From the NCBI GenBank assembly GCA_049515535.1, contig JBEKTZ010000001.1, positions 268,599-332,598 of the forward strand: a DNA stretch of 64,000 nucleotides, read 5' to 3'. A program made the position numbers and the translations under genes. This stretch comes from Candidatus Aminicenantales bacterium. Its GTDB lineage: Bacteria; Acidobacteriota; Aminicenantia; Aminicenantales; UBA4085. The stretch's first letter is position 1. The number at the start of each line of letters is the position of its first letter. Below the pieces are notes generated by a model that ran no database searches, was not told where the DNA came from, and saw nothing but the letters and a program-made list of their open reading frames with translations. Shown here one piece after another: positions 63,803 to 64,000 of this stretch.

Positions 63803-64000
63803 TCAGTCGAATCTGAAACCGAAAAGACCGCCATCTTCTCTTGCGTCAGTCAACCTTGTTGACATAACGTATTTGCCTATATCAAATGTTGCTTGTGCTT
63901 CAACTTCGGCAAGTTTATCAGAATTCATAGTAACAATATATTGAAATCCCAATTCTGTCGCCAACTTAGCTCCTAGCATAAGGGCTGTGCCTACTTGACG
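63803..64000 (-). CDS. 3' end of DUF2326 / ABC-three-component (Lamassu-type) ATPase; not in ORF track
   Basis: Hand translation RQVGTALMLGAKLATELGFQYIVTMNSD...RLTDAREDGGLFGFRFD-stop. Confidence 0.75.
   Translation of the reverse strand, partial: RQVGTALMLGAKLATELGFQYIVTMNSDKLAEVEAQATFDIGKYVMSTRLTDAREDGGLFGFRFD

Larger units (their letters stand above)
54322..64000. mobile_element. Integrative element inserted in comM; other end beyond the window
   Basis: comM truncation, abrupt drop in GC, VirD4-like ATPase, RuvC-like, HTH/replication-like and defence-type genes. Confidence 0.8.

Overview
GC-rich bacterial chromosome segment; gene content and style suggest an Acidobacteria-related lineage such as Aminicenantes (inference only). 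1-5.5 kb: toxin-antitoxin-rich patch (PIN fragment, NarL/PAS two-component pair, RHH-RelE, MNT-HEPN, AAA ATPase) with REP-like inverted repeats. 5.6-29.3 kb: fatty acyl-CoA ligase, Ser/Thr kinase-TPR protein, a 1675-aa secreted protein with NPDIE pentapeptide arrays, gyrBA with tandem NrdR-like boxes upstream, a DRG-like GTPase, peptidases and a cyclophilin. 29.5-46.4 kb: dcw cluster (mraZ to ftsZ, no murB/ddl) running into hutI. 46.5-53.8 kb: APC permease, B12 radical SAM, C69 dipeptidase and an uncharacterised lipoprotein operon. From ~54.32 kb to the window end: an AT-rich integrative element interrupting comM. It carries a VirD4/TraD-like ATPase, a catalytically altered RuvC-like protein, HTH proteins, the 3' end of a DUF2326 (ABC-3C/Lamassu-type) gene, and a self-contained cassette of promoter + atypical class III nucleotide cyclase + radical SAM/SPASM enzyme + unannotated 22-aa Ser-rich ORF. 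That cassette is the best candidate for an undescribed system. No rRNA, tRNA or CRISPR array was recognised.
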